Below, in pieces: positions 44,801 to 57,594 of a stretch of DNA of 64,000 nt (the first letter of the stretch is position 1; each line of letters starts with the position of its first letter). The notes under the pieces are model-generated. The model was given only the letters and a program-made list of their open reading frames with translations. It was not told the origin of the DNA and made no database searches. A program made the translations under genes and the position numbers. The stretch is from positions 9,362,001 to 9,426,000 of the forward strand of contig CM126233.1 of NCBI GenBank assembly GCA_052327205.1. The letters run 5' to 3'. This stretch comes from Somniosus microcephalus. Its lineage: Eukaryota.

Positions 44801-47800
44801 ACGAGAGGCCCTATAGTCTGGCGAGAGGCCCTATAGACTGGCGAGAGGCCCTATAGTCCAGAGAGGCCCTATAGACTGGCGAGAGGCCCTATAGTCTGGC
44901 GAGAGGCCCTATAGACAGGCGAGAGGCCCTATAGTCCTGAGAGGCCCTATAGACTGGCGAGAGGCCCTATAGACTGGCGAGAGGCCCTATAGATTGGCGA
45001 GAGGCCCTATAGATTGGCGAGAGGCCCTATAGACTGGCGAGAGGCCCTATAGTCCGGCGAGAGACCCTATAGACTAGCGAGAGGCCCTATAGACTGGCGA
45101 GAGGCCCTATAGACTGGCGAGAGGCCCTTAAGACTGGCGAGAGGCCCTATAGACTGGTGAGAGGCCCTATAGACTGGCGAGAGGCCCTATAGACTGGCGA
45201 GAGGCCTTATAGTCTGGCGAGAGACCCTATAGACTGGTGAGAGGCCCTATAGTTTGGCGAGAGGCCTTATAGCCTGGCGAGAGGCCCTATAGACTGACGA
45301 GAAGCCCTATAGACTGACGAGAGGCCCTATAGTCTGGCGAGAGGCCCTATAGACTGGCGAGAGGCCCTATAGTCTGGCGAGAGGCCCTATAGACTGGCGA
45401 GAGGCCCTATTGCCTGGCGACAGGCCCTATAGACTTGCGAGAGGCCCTATAGTCTGGCGAGAGGCCCTATAGTCTGGCGAGAGGCCCTATAGACTGGCGA
45501 GAGGCCCTATAGACTGGCGAGAGGCCCTATAGACTGGCGAGAGGCCCTATAGACTGAGCTGCGGCCCTATAGACTGAGGAGAGGCCCTATAGTCTGGTGA
45601 GAGGCCCTATAGTCCGGCGAGAGACCCTACAGACTGCCGAGAGGCCCTATAGACTGGCAAGAGGCCCTATAGTCTGACGAGAGACCCTATAGACTGGCGA
45701 GAGACCCCATAGACTGGCGAGAGGCCCTATAGTCCGGCGAGAGGCTCTATAGACTGGTAAGAGGCCCTATAGTCTGACGAGAGGCCCTATAGTCTGGCGA
45801 GAGGCCCTATAGACTGGCGAGAGGCCCTATAGACTGGCGTTAGACCCTATAGACCGGCGAGAGGCCCTATAGACCGACGAGAGGCCCTATAGACTGGCGA
45901 GAGGCCCTATAGCCTGGCGAGAGGCCCTATGGTCTAGCGAGAGGCCCTATAGACTAATGAGATGCCCTTTAGACTGGTGAGAGGCCCTGTAGACTGGCGA
46001 GAGGCCCTATAGCCTGGCGAGAGGCCCTATGGTCTAGCGAGAGGCCCTATAGACTAATGAGATGCCCTTTAGAGTGGTGAGAGGCCCTATAGACTGGCGA
46101 GAGGCCCTATAGACTGAGCTGCGGCCCTATAGACTGGTGAGAGGCCCTATAGTCTGGTGAGAGGCCCTATAGTCCGGCGAGAGGCCCTACAGACTGCCGA
46201 GAGGCCCTATAGACTGGCAAGAGGCCCTATAGTCTGACGAGAGACCCTATAGACTGGCGAGAGACCCCATAGACTGGCGAGAGGCCCTATAGTCCGGCGA
46301 GAGGCTCTATAGACTGGCAAGAGGCCCTATAGTCTGACGAGAGGCCCTATAGTCTGGCGAGAGGCCCTATAGACTGGCGAGAGGCCCTATAGACTGGCGT
46401 TAGACCCTATAGACCGGCGAGAGGCCCTATAGACCGACGAGAGGCCCTATAGACTGGCGAGAGGCCCTATAGACTGGCGAGAGGCCCTATAGCCTGGCGA
46501 GAGGCCCTATGATCTAGCGAGAGGCCCTATAGACTAATGAGATGCCCTTTAGACTGGTGAGAGGCCCTGTAGACTGGCGAGAGGCCCTATAATCTGACGA
46601 GAGGCCCTATAGACTGGCCCTATAGACTAGTGAGAGTCCCTATAGATTGGCGAGAGGCCCTATAGTCTGGCGAGAGGCCCTATAGACTGGCAAGAGGCCC
46701 TGTAGACTGGCGAGAGGCCCTGTAGACTGGCGAGAGGCCCTATAGTCTGACGAGAGGCCCTATAGTCTAGCGAGAGGCCCTAGTCTGGCAAGAGGCCCTA
46801 TAGTCTGGCGAGAGGCCCTATAGACTGGCGAGAAGCCCTATAGACTGGCAAGCGGCCCTATAGACTGGCGAGAGGCCCTAGTCTGGCAAGAGGCCCTATG
46901 GTCTGGCGAGAGGCCCTATAGACTGGCGAGAGGCCCTATAGACTGGCAAGCAGCCCTATAGACTGGCGAGAGGCCCTAGTCTGGCAAGAGGCCCTATAGT
47001 CTGGCAAGAGGCCCTATAGACTGGCGAGAGGCCCTATAGACTGGTGAGAGGCCCTGTAGACTGGCGAGAGGCCCTATAGTCTGACGAGAGGCCCTATAGA
47101 CTGGTGAGAGGCCCTATAGACTGGCGAGAGGCCCTGTAGGCTGGCGAGAGGCCTTGTAGTCTGACGAGAGGCCCTATAGACTGGTGAGAGGCCCTATAGT
47201 CCGGCGAGAGGCCCTATAGTCTGGCGAGAGGCCCAAAGACTGGCGTGAGGCCCTAGAGACTGGCGAGAGGCCCTATAGACTGGTGAGAGGCCCTAGTCTG
47301 GCGAGAGGCCCTATAGACTGGCGAGAGGCCCCATAGACTGGCGAGAGGCCCTATAGACTGGCGAGAGGCCCTTTAGACTGGCGAGAGGTCCTATTGTCTG
47401 GCGACAGGCCCTATAGACTGGCGAGAGGCCCTATAGTCTGACGAGAGGCCCTATAGTCTGGCAAGAGGCCCTATAGACTGGCGAGAGGCCCTATAGACTG
47501 GCGAGAGGCCCTATAGACTGGCGAGAGGCCCTATAGACTGAGGTGAGGCCCTATAGACTGAGGAGAGGCCCTATAGTCTGGTGAGAGGCCCTATAGTCCA
47601 GCGAGAGGCCCTATAGACTGCCGAGAGGCCCTATAGACCAGCAAGAGACCCTATAGTCTGGCGAGAGACCCTATAGACTGGCGAGAGACCCCATAGACTG
47701 GCGAGAGGCCCTATAGACTGGTGTTAGACCCTATAGACTGGCGAGAGGCCCTATAGACCGACGAGAGGCCCTATAGACTGGCGAGAGGCCCTATAGACTG

Positions 47801-49760
47801 GCGAGAGACCCTATAGTCTGGCGAGAGGCCCTATAGTCTAGCAAGATGCCCTATAGACTAATGAGATGCCCTTTAGACTGGTGAGAGGCCCTATAGACTG
47901 GCGAGAGGCCCTATAGACTGGCGAGAGGCCCTTTAGACTGGCGAGAGGTCCTATTGTCTGGCGACAGGCCCTATAGACTGGCGAGAGGCCCTATAGTCTG
48001 ACGAGAGGCCCTATAGTCTGGCAAGAGGCCCTATAGACTGGCGAGAGGCCCTATAGACTGGCGAGAGGCCCTATAGACTGGCGAGAGGCCCTATAGACTG
48101 AGGTGAGGCCCTATAGACTGAGGAGAGGCCCTATAGTCTGGTGAGAGGCCCTATAGTCCAGCGAGAGGCCCTATAGACTGGCGAGAGGCCCTATAGACTG
48201 GCGAGAGGCCCTTTAGACTGGCGAGAGGTCCTATTGTCTGGCGACAGGCCCTATAGACTGGCGAGAGGCCCTATAGTCTGACGAGAGACCCTATAGACTG
48301 GCGAGAGACCCCATAGACTGGCGAGAGGCCCTATAGACTGGTGTTAGACCCTATAGACTGGCGAGAGGCCCTATAGACCGACGAGAGGCCCTATAGACTG
48401 GCGAGAGGCCCTATAGACTGGCGAGAGGCCCTATAGTCTGGCGAGAGGCCCTATAGTCTAGCAAGATGCCCTATAGACTAATGAGATGCCCTTTAGACTG
48501 GTGAGAGGCCCTATAGACTGGCGAGAGGCCCTATAGTCTGACGAGAGGCCCTATAGACTGGCCCTATAGACTGGTGAGAGGCCCTATAGATTGGCGAGAG
48601 GCCCTATAGTCTGGCGAGAGGCCCTATAGACTGGCAAGAGGCCCTGTAGACTGGCGAGAGGCCCTGTAGACTGGCGAGAGGCCCTATAGTCTGACGAGAG
48701 GCCCTAGAGTCTAGCGAGAGGCCCTAGTCTGGCAAGAGGCCCTATAGTCTGGCGAGAGTCCCTATAGACTGGCGAGAGGCCCTATAGACTGGCAAGCGGC
48801 CCTATAGACTGGCAAGCGGCCCTATAGACTGGCGAGAGGCCCTAGTCTGGCAAGAGGCCCTATAGTCTGGCAAGAGGCCCTATAGTCTGGCGAGAGGCCC
48901 TATAGACTGGCAAGTGGCCCTATAGTCTGGCGAGAGGCCCTATAGCCTGACGAGAGACCCTATAGACTGGCGAGAGACCCTATAGACTGGCGAGAGGCCC
49001 TATAGTCCGGCGAGAGGCCCTATAGTCTGGCGAGAGGCCCTATAGACTGGCAAGAGGCCCTATAGTCTAGCGAGAGGCCCTATAGACTGGTGAGAGGCCC
49101 TATAGACTGGCGAGAGGCCCTATAGTCTGGCGAGAGGCCCTATAGACTGGCGAGAGGCCCTGTAGACTGGCGAGAGGCCCTGTAGACTGGCGAGAGGCCC
49201 TATAGTCTGACGAGAGGCCCTATAGACTGGCGAGAGGCCCTATAGACTGGCGAGAGGCCCTATAGACTGGCAAGAGGCCCTCTAGTCTGGCGAGAGGCCC
49301 TATAGTCTGGCGAGAGGCCCTATAGACTGGTGAGAGGCCCTGTAGACTGGCGAGAGGCCCTATAGTCTGACGAGAGGCCCTATAGACTGGTGAGAGGCCC
49401 TATAGACTGGCGAGAGGCCCTGTAGACTGGTGAGAGACCCTATAGTCTGACGAGAGGCCCTATAGACTGGTGAGAGGCCCTATAGTCCGGCGAGAGGCCC
49501 TATAGTCTGGCGAGAGGCCCAAAGACTGGCGTGAGGCCCTATAGACTGGCGAGAGGCCCTATAGACTGGTGAGAGGCCCTAGTCTGGCGAGAGGCCCTAT
49601 AGACTGGCGAGAGGCCCTATAGACTGGCGAGAGGCTCTATAGATTGGCGAGAGGCCCTATAGACTGGCGAGAGGCCCTATAGACTGGCGAGAGACCCTAT
49701 AGGCTGGCGAGGGGCCCTATAGACTGGCAAGAGACCCTATCATCTGACGAAAGGCCCTAT
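41862..49760. repeat. Satellite array, 20-bp monomer GAGAGGCCCTATAG(A/T)CTGGC, ~7.9 kb, ~395 copies
   Basis: Head-to-tail monomers without spacers; occasional 18-19 bp deletion variants; degenerate monomers at both edges. Confidence 0.99.
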
Positions 49761-49769
49761 CATGCTACA

Positions 49770-50575
49770 TAAGGAAATATTAGGACAGTTGACCAAAAGC
49801 ATCGTTAAAGATGTAGGCATTAGGGAATGTCTTAAAGAGGAGAGAGAGGTAGAGAGGCGGAGAGGTTTAGGGAGAGAATTCCAGAGTTTAGGGCCTCGGC
49901 AGCTGAAGGCACGGCCGCCAATGGTGGAGCGATTAAAATAAGGGGACGCTCAAAAGTTCAGAATTAGATGAGCGCAGAGATCTCAGAGGGTTATAGGCCT
50001 GGAGGAGATTACAGAGATAGGGAGGGGCGAGGCCATGGAGGAATTTGAAAACAAGTAAGAGAATTTTAAACTTGAGTTTCTGGGGCTGGGGCCAATGTTG
50101 GTCAGTGAGCACAGGGGTGATGGGTGAACGGGACTTGGTGCGAGTTAGGACATGGGCAGCAGAGTTTTGGATGACTTTAAGGTGAAAGGTCTTCAGACAA
50201 CAATACATCCCAAAGGCACTTTACAGGAAGTGGACACCAAATAGGAAGAGGGGCAAAGATTAGAGGCAGTGACTGGTGGCGTGGACCATGGGTGGATTTT
50301 AAGGAGACTTTTGAATGTTGGTGGGGTGGGGGAGAGATAGCAAGCCAGGGGGTTCACACAAAGAGAATTCGGTACTATAGGGGTACGGTGACTAAAGGCT
50401 CCATCACCAATAGTGGGATGGAGGGAGAGGGAGCTCACAGTGGTGCAGAGTTGGAAGAGCAACAGGTATGGGCGGGAGAAGTTTGTAGAAGTGATAATGG
50501 AGGGATTTGAAAACAAGGGAAAAGATTTTGAAGTTGACCTGTTGGAAAACAGGGACCAGTGTGGGACTTTGAGGT
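49770..50575 (-). mobile_element. Two L2 3' fragments
   Basis: VIQNSAAHVLTRTKSRSPITPVL..FKILLLVFKFLHGLAPPYL, plus an older similar fragment at 50200-50575. Confidence 0.85.
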
Positions 50576-50589
50576 AGGCGCAGGTATGC

Positions 50590-51023
50590 AAGAAAGAACT
50601 TGCATTTATATAGCACCTTTCATGACATCAGAATGACCCACAGCCAATGAAATACTTTTTGAAGTGTGGTCACTGTTGTAATGTAGGAAATGCAGCAGCC
50701 AACACAGCGCACAGCAAGCTCCCACAAACAGCAATGTGATAACGACCAGATAATCTGCTTTAATGATATTTGTTGAGGGATAAATATTGGCCAGGACACC
50801 CCTGCTCTTCTTCAAAATCGTGCCATGGGATCTTTTATGTCTGTCTGAGAGAGCAGACGGGCCCTCGGTTTAATGTCTCATCCCAAAGACGGCACCTCCG
50901 ACAGTGCAGCACTCCCTCAGCACTGCACTGGAGTGTCAGCCTAGATTTTTGTGCTCAAGTCTCTGGAGCGAGACTTGAACCCACAACCTTCTGACTCAGA
51001 AGTGAGCATGCTAACAATTGAGC
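50590..51023 (-). mobile_element. Deu-domain SINE, full length
   Basis: Head, core and tail match the other copies. Confidence 0.9.
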
Positions 51024-51869
51024 CCCCGGAGCTACTGATGTGTTTGAGGTCGTTTAGCTGGAGCCGGAGAAGTCAGTGAGAATGTTGGAGAAATCGAAGT
51101 AAGGTCCTTGTTTTCACTTTTACGTAGCTGGCTCCATTTTATACACCTGCATGTCACGAACTGGCTGTAAACCAGCGGAATTAATCACAACTCACAGATG
51201 CAGAAGGTGGAAATGAAACAGTATAAAGTTATTGAAGGTCAGTGTCGGCTTTCAACCCGAGGGCAAGGCAACTGGGATCAGCAGATGGCCCTGTGATTGT
51301 TCTACCCACTGGTGGTGTGTTGGAGCCCACGCTGACCATTGCTTCACTCAGTGAACAGCTGCTTCATTGGCTTCAGTGCTACCGTCCCCAGAAAGCCAGC
51401 TTACTCCAGACCCTTCTCTGTTGAGAGTATAAATCTTTCCCTTGACCCTGCCCCTTATCCTTTTCCACCTGCGCCTTTTTCTGCCTTGAGCAGTTTCTTG
51501 CTTTCTGCAGTTATTTCCCTTGTTGTGATGTTTGGACTCCAGTTAAGATCTTAAAGGGGAAGGTTGCTGCTTTTTACTCGTATGGAGGTGGTAAAATCAG
51601 TGACCTCCCGGTCGTGATGGATTCGAATCTGGGTAGAAGCAGGCACGTCGACCTGCCTGGCATGTACAGGGCGAGACAATCTGTTGGTTCAATGCAGTAA
51701 CGTCGGTGCTTGTGAACCAGAGCTGGTGCATTTCCCACCCAGGACTAGGGTGGTTTAAAGGTTAGGCCAGTGCGGATATTATTAGCGCCTCCCTCAGCAC
51801 TGGCAGTACTAAGGAAGCAGTTGTTCTCCTGGGAGAGCGGGCAGTTTGGTTGGAAGAGGTCCTTGGCAT

Positions 51870-52253
51870 TTGGCACAGGAGGAGGCCATTCAGCCCCTCG
51901 AGCCTGTTCCGCCATTCAATGAGCCCATGGCTGATCTGCCACCTAACTCCATATACCTGCCTTCGCCCCGTATGCCTTAATACCCTTGGTTAACAGAAAG
52001 CTATCAATCTCAGATTTAAAATTAACAATTGATCTAGCATCAATTGCCGTTTGCGGAAGACAGTTCCAAACTTCTTCCACCCTTTGTGTGTAGAAGTGTT
52101 TCCTAATTTCACTCCTGAAAGGTCTGGCTCTAATTTTTAGACTCTGCCCCCTAGTCCTAGACTCCCCAACTAGCGGAAATAGTTTCTCTCTATCTAGCCT
52201 ATCTGTTCCCCTTAAATTCGTAAAAACTTCGATCAGATCACCCCTTAACCTTC
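51870..52253 (-). mobile_element. CR1 3' fragment
   Basis: ggccattcagcccctcgagcctgttccgccattcaa 3' UTR motif and ORF2 C-terminus on the minus strand. Confidence 0.85.
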
Positions 52254-52632
52254 ATTTGCCCCCATGTGATATCAGCTCTTGATGCAATACAAGTCCCAAA
52301 ATGTCTAACTTTTAAAAAAAAGGGGGATTCTTGTCCAAAGTAAAATGGTCTTGCTCAAACTTTAGAAATATTCAACCGTTATCGTGTTTGTCTCATTCCC
52401 TAAACCAGAGAAGCAGGAATGGTTGAGTTAAGTAGCTGCGCTTGCTCGTGCTGGTTTGTAAGTTGCAGCAGCAGCAATGGAGTGAGTACGATGGGAGATA
52501 GGTTGTTGCTTTCAGATACCGCAGTGTAGGCGTTTGATGCTCAGATCCACCAGCCCCGTGTCTTGGTGTGGTTGCTGGGCTGACATCGTCACACTTCACC
52601 CCGGAGGGAAAAAAGCCTCGCCATCTTATTTC

Positions 52633-53056
52633 AGTATGTGGAGAGGCTGGGGAAGCTGGGATTGTCTCCTTAGAGCAGAGAAGGTTAAGGGGAGATTCAA
52701 TAGAGGTGTTCAAAACCATGGGGAGTTTTGATAGAGTAGACGGAGAGGAACTGTTTCCACTGGCAGGAGGGTCGGTAACCAGAGGACACAGATTTAAGGT
52801 CATTGTCAAAAGAACCAGGTGGGAGATGAGAATGTTTTTTAAGCAGCGAGTTATTATTTTCTGGAATGTGCTGTCTGAAAGGGCGGTAGAAGCAGATTCG
52901 GTAACTTTCAAAAGGGAATTGGATAAATACTTGAAGGGGAAAAGTTGCAGTGCGAGTTGTAAGAGCAGGGAGTGGGACTATTTGGATAGCTCGTTCAAAG
53001 AGCCGGCACAGGCATGATGGGCCGAATGGTCTCCTTCTGTGCTGTAAGATTCTATA
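52633..53056 (+). mobile_element. CR1 3' fragment
   Basis: SLEQRRLRGD..TRGHRFKVI; hairpin gatgggccgaatggtctcc. Confidence 0.88.
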
Positions 53057-53893
53057 AGGAAGCCTTGGGGGGAGTTTTAGCTCCTCCCGCCTAACAGAAA
53101 CTGGGTTAAAATGGAGAGGGTGAAATAACCACGCCGTTCCTATTTTAAAATGCCTGATTTTCAGGCGTATGAGGCACCCGCCTGAGTCAGTATGAAGATT
53201 GGGGTCCTATCGCGTCAATCGGACTCTGACGCCATCTTAAACTGAAGAGAGCGCCCCCTCCCCACCCCACCCCACCCCCGACAGTGACAACCAGGTCTGA
53301 AGACAGGCGGAGCCTTTCCAGGTAGGCTAAAACTTTCCATTTTAGGGCCAGTAGGAGCAGGATCATAGGCCGCCCCTCCCCAGACTACCTCCTCCCCTCC
53401 CACCCGAACCACTGACCATCCGGAACACCCGCTCCCTCCTGTCCCCACATTTATCTTGGACCTAGGGGTCAGCCTCCAGGCTGTCTGACTTTGCTGCGAT
53501 TTCCCCTGACTTGAGAGCTTGAGCACAGAGCTTGGAGACAGAGCTGGGAGATCGCAACCAGAGTGGATCACAAGCAGAGTGGAGGAATGTGGTGAGCGCA
53601 AGAATCAGTGGAGAGGAGGAAGGCGGTGGAGACGTCTGACTGAAAAGGAGGAGTGGAGCCACAGAACCCAAGGCCTCTAAGTTAATAGGCACGAGAGCAG
53701 ACCTGCAGGAGAGTGAGAGGAGTGGCCACAGATAAAGGTAGGCCCAAGAGCCCGGAGGGAGCGCGAGTGTCAGGGAGCGAGGTAAGTGACGTCAGCGCAA
53801 GGGAAGGAGCTGATTGGTGAGTAGTTGGTGATTTTTAAAAAAAGTCTTAAGTTTATTTCTGTTAAGTTACTTAATAGTTTATTAAGTAGAGGC

Positions 53894-54854
53894 ATGGCAG
53901 GGCACCTCAGTCCCGTGGAATGCACATCCCGTGCCATGTGGGAACTCCAGGACGCTTCCCGTGTCCTGGACAACCACGTGTGCAGGAAGTGTCGTCAGCT
54001 GGAGGAGCTCGAGCTCCGGGTTTCGGAGCTGGAGCAGCAGCTGGTATCGCTGCGGTGCATCAGTGAGGCTGAGAGCTACGTGGACAGCACGTTTCAGGGG
54101 GTGGGCACCTCGCAGCGTAAGAGTGTGCAGGCAGAGAGGGAATGGGTGACCGCCAGACAGACAAGGAGGGCCAGGCAGGTAGTGCAGGAGTCCCGTGAGT
54201 GCATCTCACTCTCCAATCAGTACTGTTGAGGGTGAGGGTTCCTCTGGGGAGTACAGCCAGAGCCAAGTCCATGGCACCACAGGTGGCTCAGCTGTACGGG
54301 GGAGGAGGAAGACTGGGAAAGCAATAGTGATATGAGATTTGATAGTTAGGGGAACAGACAGGCGTTTCTGCGGCCGCAGACGTGATTCCAGGATGGTATG
54401 TTGCCTCCCTGGTGCCAGGGTCAAGGGTGTCACTGAGTGGCTGCAGAACATTCTGAGGGGGGAGGGCGAACAGTCAGAGGCCATTGTCCATATCGGTACC
54501 AACGACATAGGTAGAAAGAGGGATGAGGTCCTGCAGGCAGATTTTAGGGAGCTAGGAAAGAGATTAAAAAGCAGAACCTCAAAGGTAATAACCTCCGGAT
54601 TACTTCCGGTGCCACGTGCTAGCAAGTACAGAAATAGGAGGATAGAGCGGATGAATGCATGGCTGGATAGATGGTGCAGGAGGGAGGGCTTTAGATTCCT
54701 GGGACATTGGGACCAGTTCTGGGGGAGGTGGGACCTGTACAGGCCGGACGGGTTGCACCTCAACAGAACTGGGACCAATGTCCTCACAGGAGGTTTGCTA
54801 GGCTGTTGGGGAGGGTTTAAACTAATTTGGCAGGGAGTGGGCACCAGGATGTAG
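53894..54854 (+). pseudogene. CR1 ORF1 (zinc finger/leucine zipper plus SGNH esterase), disrupted
   Basis: ECTS.AMWE..HVCRKC, LELRVSELEQQL, HIGTND, DGLHLN; GDS block mutated; frameshift near 54225. Confidence 0.85.
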
Positions 54855-55374
54855 CATTAGAAAGGAGTAATAAGGTGCACAAAGGATTGGGAGAGACAGG
54901 TAGCACTAGAGTAAGAAATAGTAGGGTATTAGGTGGGGTCAGACTAAGAGAGAATACAAGAAGGTCTAAGATAGGTTTACAGTGCATTTATATGAATGCA
55001 CGAAGTGTGGTAAATAAGGTTGGTGAATAAGGTTGGTGAGCAGCAGGCGCAAATAGACACATGGGAATATGATGTCATGACAATAACGGAGACCTGGCTC
55101 AAACAAGGGCAGGATTGGATACTAAATATTCCTGGATATAAGGTGTTCAGGAAAGATAGGGAAGGAAAGAAGGGAGGTGGGGTGTCAGTATTAAGGAGAA
55201 TATTACAGTGCTGGAGAGAGAGGATGTCCTGGAGGGGTCAAGGACAGGATCTATTTGGTTAGAGTTAAGAAATAATAGAGGTGCCATTACACTGCTAGAT
55301 GTATTATTTAGGCCACCAACTAGTGGGAAAGATATGGAGGAGCAAATTTGCAGAGAAATTACAGAGAGGTGCAC

Positions 55375-55969
55375 GAACTATAGAGTAGTGATAATGGGGG
55401 ACTTCAATCATCCTAATATAGACTGGGATAGTAATAGTGTAAAGGGCAGAGAGGTGCACGAACTATAGAGTAGTGATAATGGGGGACTTCAACTGTCCTA
55501 ATATAGACTGGGATAGTAATAGTGTAAAGGGTAGAGAGGGGGAAGAACTATAGAGTAGTGATAATGGGGGACTTCAATCATCCTAATATAGACTGGGATC
55601 GTAATAGTGTAAAGGGCAGAGAGGGGGAAGAACTATAGAGTAGTGATAATGGGGGACTTCAATCATCTTAATATAGACTGGGATAGTAATAGTGTAAAGG
55701 GCAGAGAGGGGGAAGAATTATAGAGTAGTGATAATGGGGGACTTCAACTATCCTAATATAGACTGGGATAGTAATAGTGTAAAGGGCAGAGAGGGGGAAG
55801 AACTATAGAGTAGTGATAATGGGGGACTTCAATCATCTTAATATAGACTGGGATAGTAATAGTGTAAAGGGCAGAGAGGTGCACGAACTATAGAGCAGTG
55901 ATAATGGGGGACTTCAATCATCCTAATATAGACTGGGATAGTAACAGTGTAAAGGGCAGAGAGGGGGAA
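55375..55969 (+). repeat. 85-bp tandem repeat x7 inside the CR1 endonuclease
   Basis: Units start at 55375, 55460, 55545, 55630, 55715, 55800 and 55885; each covers the NYRVVIMGDFNHPNIDW codons. Confidence 0.97.
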
Positions 55970-56384
55970 GAATTTCTGAAGTGTGTTCTGGCGAACTTTC
56001 TTGATCAGTATGTTTCTGGCCCAATGAGAAAGGAGGCATTGCTGGATCTGGTTCTGGGGAATGAGGTGGGTCAAGTGGAGTAAGTGTCAGTAGTGGAACA
56101 TTTAGGGAACAGTGATCACAGTATCATAGGGTTTAGACTAGTTATGGAAAAGGACAGGGAGAAATCTAGAGTAAAAATACTTGATTGGAGGAAAGCCAAT
56201 TTTAGTGGGTTGAGAATGGATCTGGCCCGGGTGAATTGGAATCAAAGAGTGGCAGGCAAATTGTAATCGAACAAAGGGCTGCCTTTGAAGAGGAGATGGT
56301 TCGGGTACAGTCGAGGTACATTCCCACGAGGGGGAAAGGTAGGGCAACCAAAGCCAGAACTCCCTGGATGACAAAAGAGATATA

Positions 56385-56873
56385 GGGGGAAAAATTGAGT
56401 CGTGCCCCCTTTGGGACACTAACTTTGCCGGGGCGCTACTTTTAGCTCCCCGAAAAAATTAGCGCCCCCATGGCCAAAATTCATCAGTAGCGCCCCAAGA
56501 GGAAAGCGGGGCACTACTGAAAGCATCCCGCCTCCCTCTTGGGGCGCTGCGAGGGAATATCGCGGCGCTATGTGCTGCGGTACTGCAGGCCTTCCTCCCC
56601 TTCTTAAAGGGGAGGGGCCTTGCGCAGCATGACCTGGGACCCAGCTGGGCCACCAGGGATCAGAGTGCCGGCAAAAGAGCCCAGCACTCAAGAGAAGTGC
56701 TGGGCACACGGAGCACAGCCAGCACTCCGCGGGGGGGTGGCGGGTCAGGAGGCCGGGGACGGCAACAGGGGCAGGCGCTGGCAGGCGGCCAGCAACAAAA
56801 ATGGCCGCCCGGCACCTCCCCTTTAATTAGCGCCGCCCCGGCCGTAGGTAAGCCCCCCTGACCCCGTTGGACA
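56385..56873 (+). mobile_element. Truncated copy of the GC-rich MITE family
   Basis: Colinear with 30990-31445; left TIR GGGGGAAAAATTGAG; right half deleted. Confidence 0.85.
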
Positions 56874-57594
56874 TATAAAACACTGGTTCGGCCTCAAATG
56901 GAGCATTGTGTCCAATTCTGGGCACCGCTCTTTAGGAAGGATGTGAGGGCCTTAGAGAGGGTGCAGAAAAGATTTACAAGAATGGTTCCAGTGATGAGGG
57001 ACTTCAGTTACGTGGCTAGACTGGAGAAGTTGGGATTGTTCTCCTTAGAGCAGAAAAGGTTGAGAGGAGATTAGATCGAGGTGTTCAAAATCATGAGGGG
57101 TCTGGACAGAGTAGAGAGAGAGAAACTGTTCCCATTGGCGGAAGGGTCGAGAACCAGAGGACACAGATTTAAGTTAATTGGCAGAAGAACCAAAGGCGAC
57201 ATGAAGAAAAACTTTTTTACTCAGTGAGTGGTTAGGATCTGGAATGCACTGCCTGAAAAGGTGGTGGAGGCAGATTCAATCACGGCTTTCAAAAGGGAGT
57301 TGGATAAGTACCTGAAGGAAAACATTTGCAGGGTTACAAGGAAAGGGCGGTGGAATGGGACTAGCTGAAGTGCTCTTGCAGAGAGCCGGCATGGGCTTGA
57401 TGGGCCGAATGGCCTCCTTCTGTGCCGTAACCATTCTACGATTCTATGACTTCCTGGCTGGTAAAATCGGCTGGGTCTCCTGCGGGCGCTCCCAGACAGG
57501 TCGGCCAGTCGCTAGCCTGCTGTCCCATCCCGGAGCTAAATTCCCCCTTGTGTCAGTGTCAACAGATGCAGCGAGCTCCTGTTATTGCCCTTCA

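Larger units (their letters stand above)
53513..57446 (+). mobile_element. Originally full-length CR1 LINE, now rearranged (5' UTR, ORF1, ORF2 with large deletion, 3' UTR)
   Basis: Candidate TSD TGACTT (53507-53512 / 57447-57452); ORF1 and endonuclease motifs present; RT core missing; 3' end attctacgattcta. Confidence 0.88.
53068..57547. mobile_element. PIF/Harbinger-like MITE (53068-53512 plus 57447-57547) interrupted by a CR1
   Basis: TIRs GGGGGAGTTTTAGCTCC / GGAGCTAAATTCCCCC; TTG on both flanks (3-bp TSD). Confidence 0.7.

Noticed and set aside
41862-49760. CRISPR array or coding repeat
   Set aside because: Monomers are contiguous with no unique spacers, there are no cas genes and the context is eukaryotic; TAG in the 20-bp unit closes all frames on both strands
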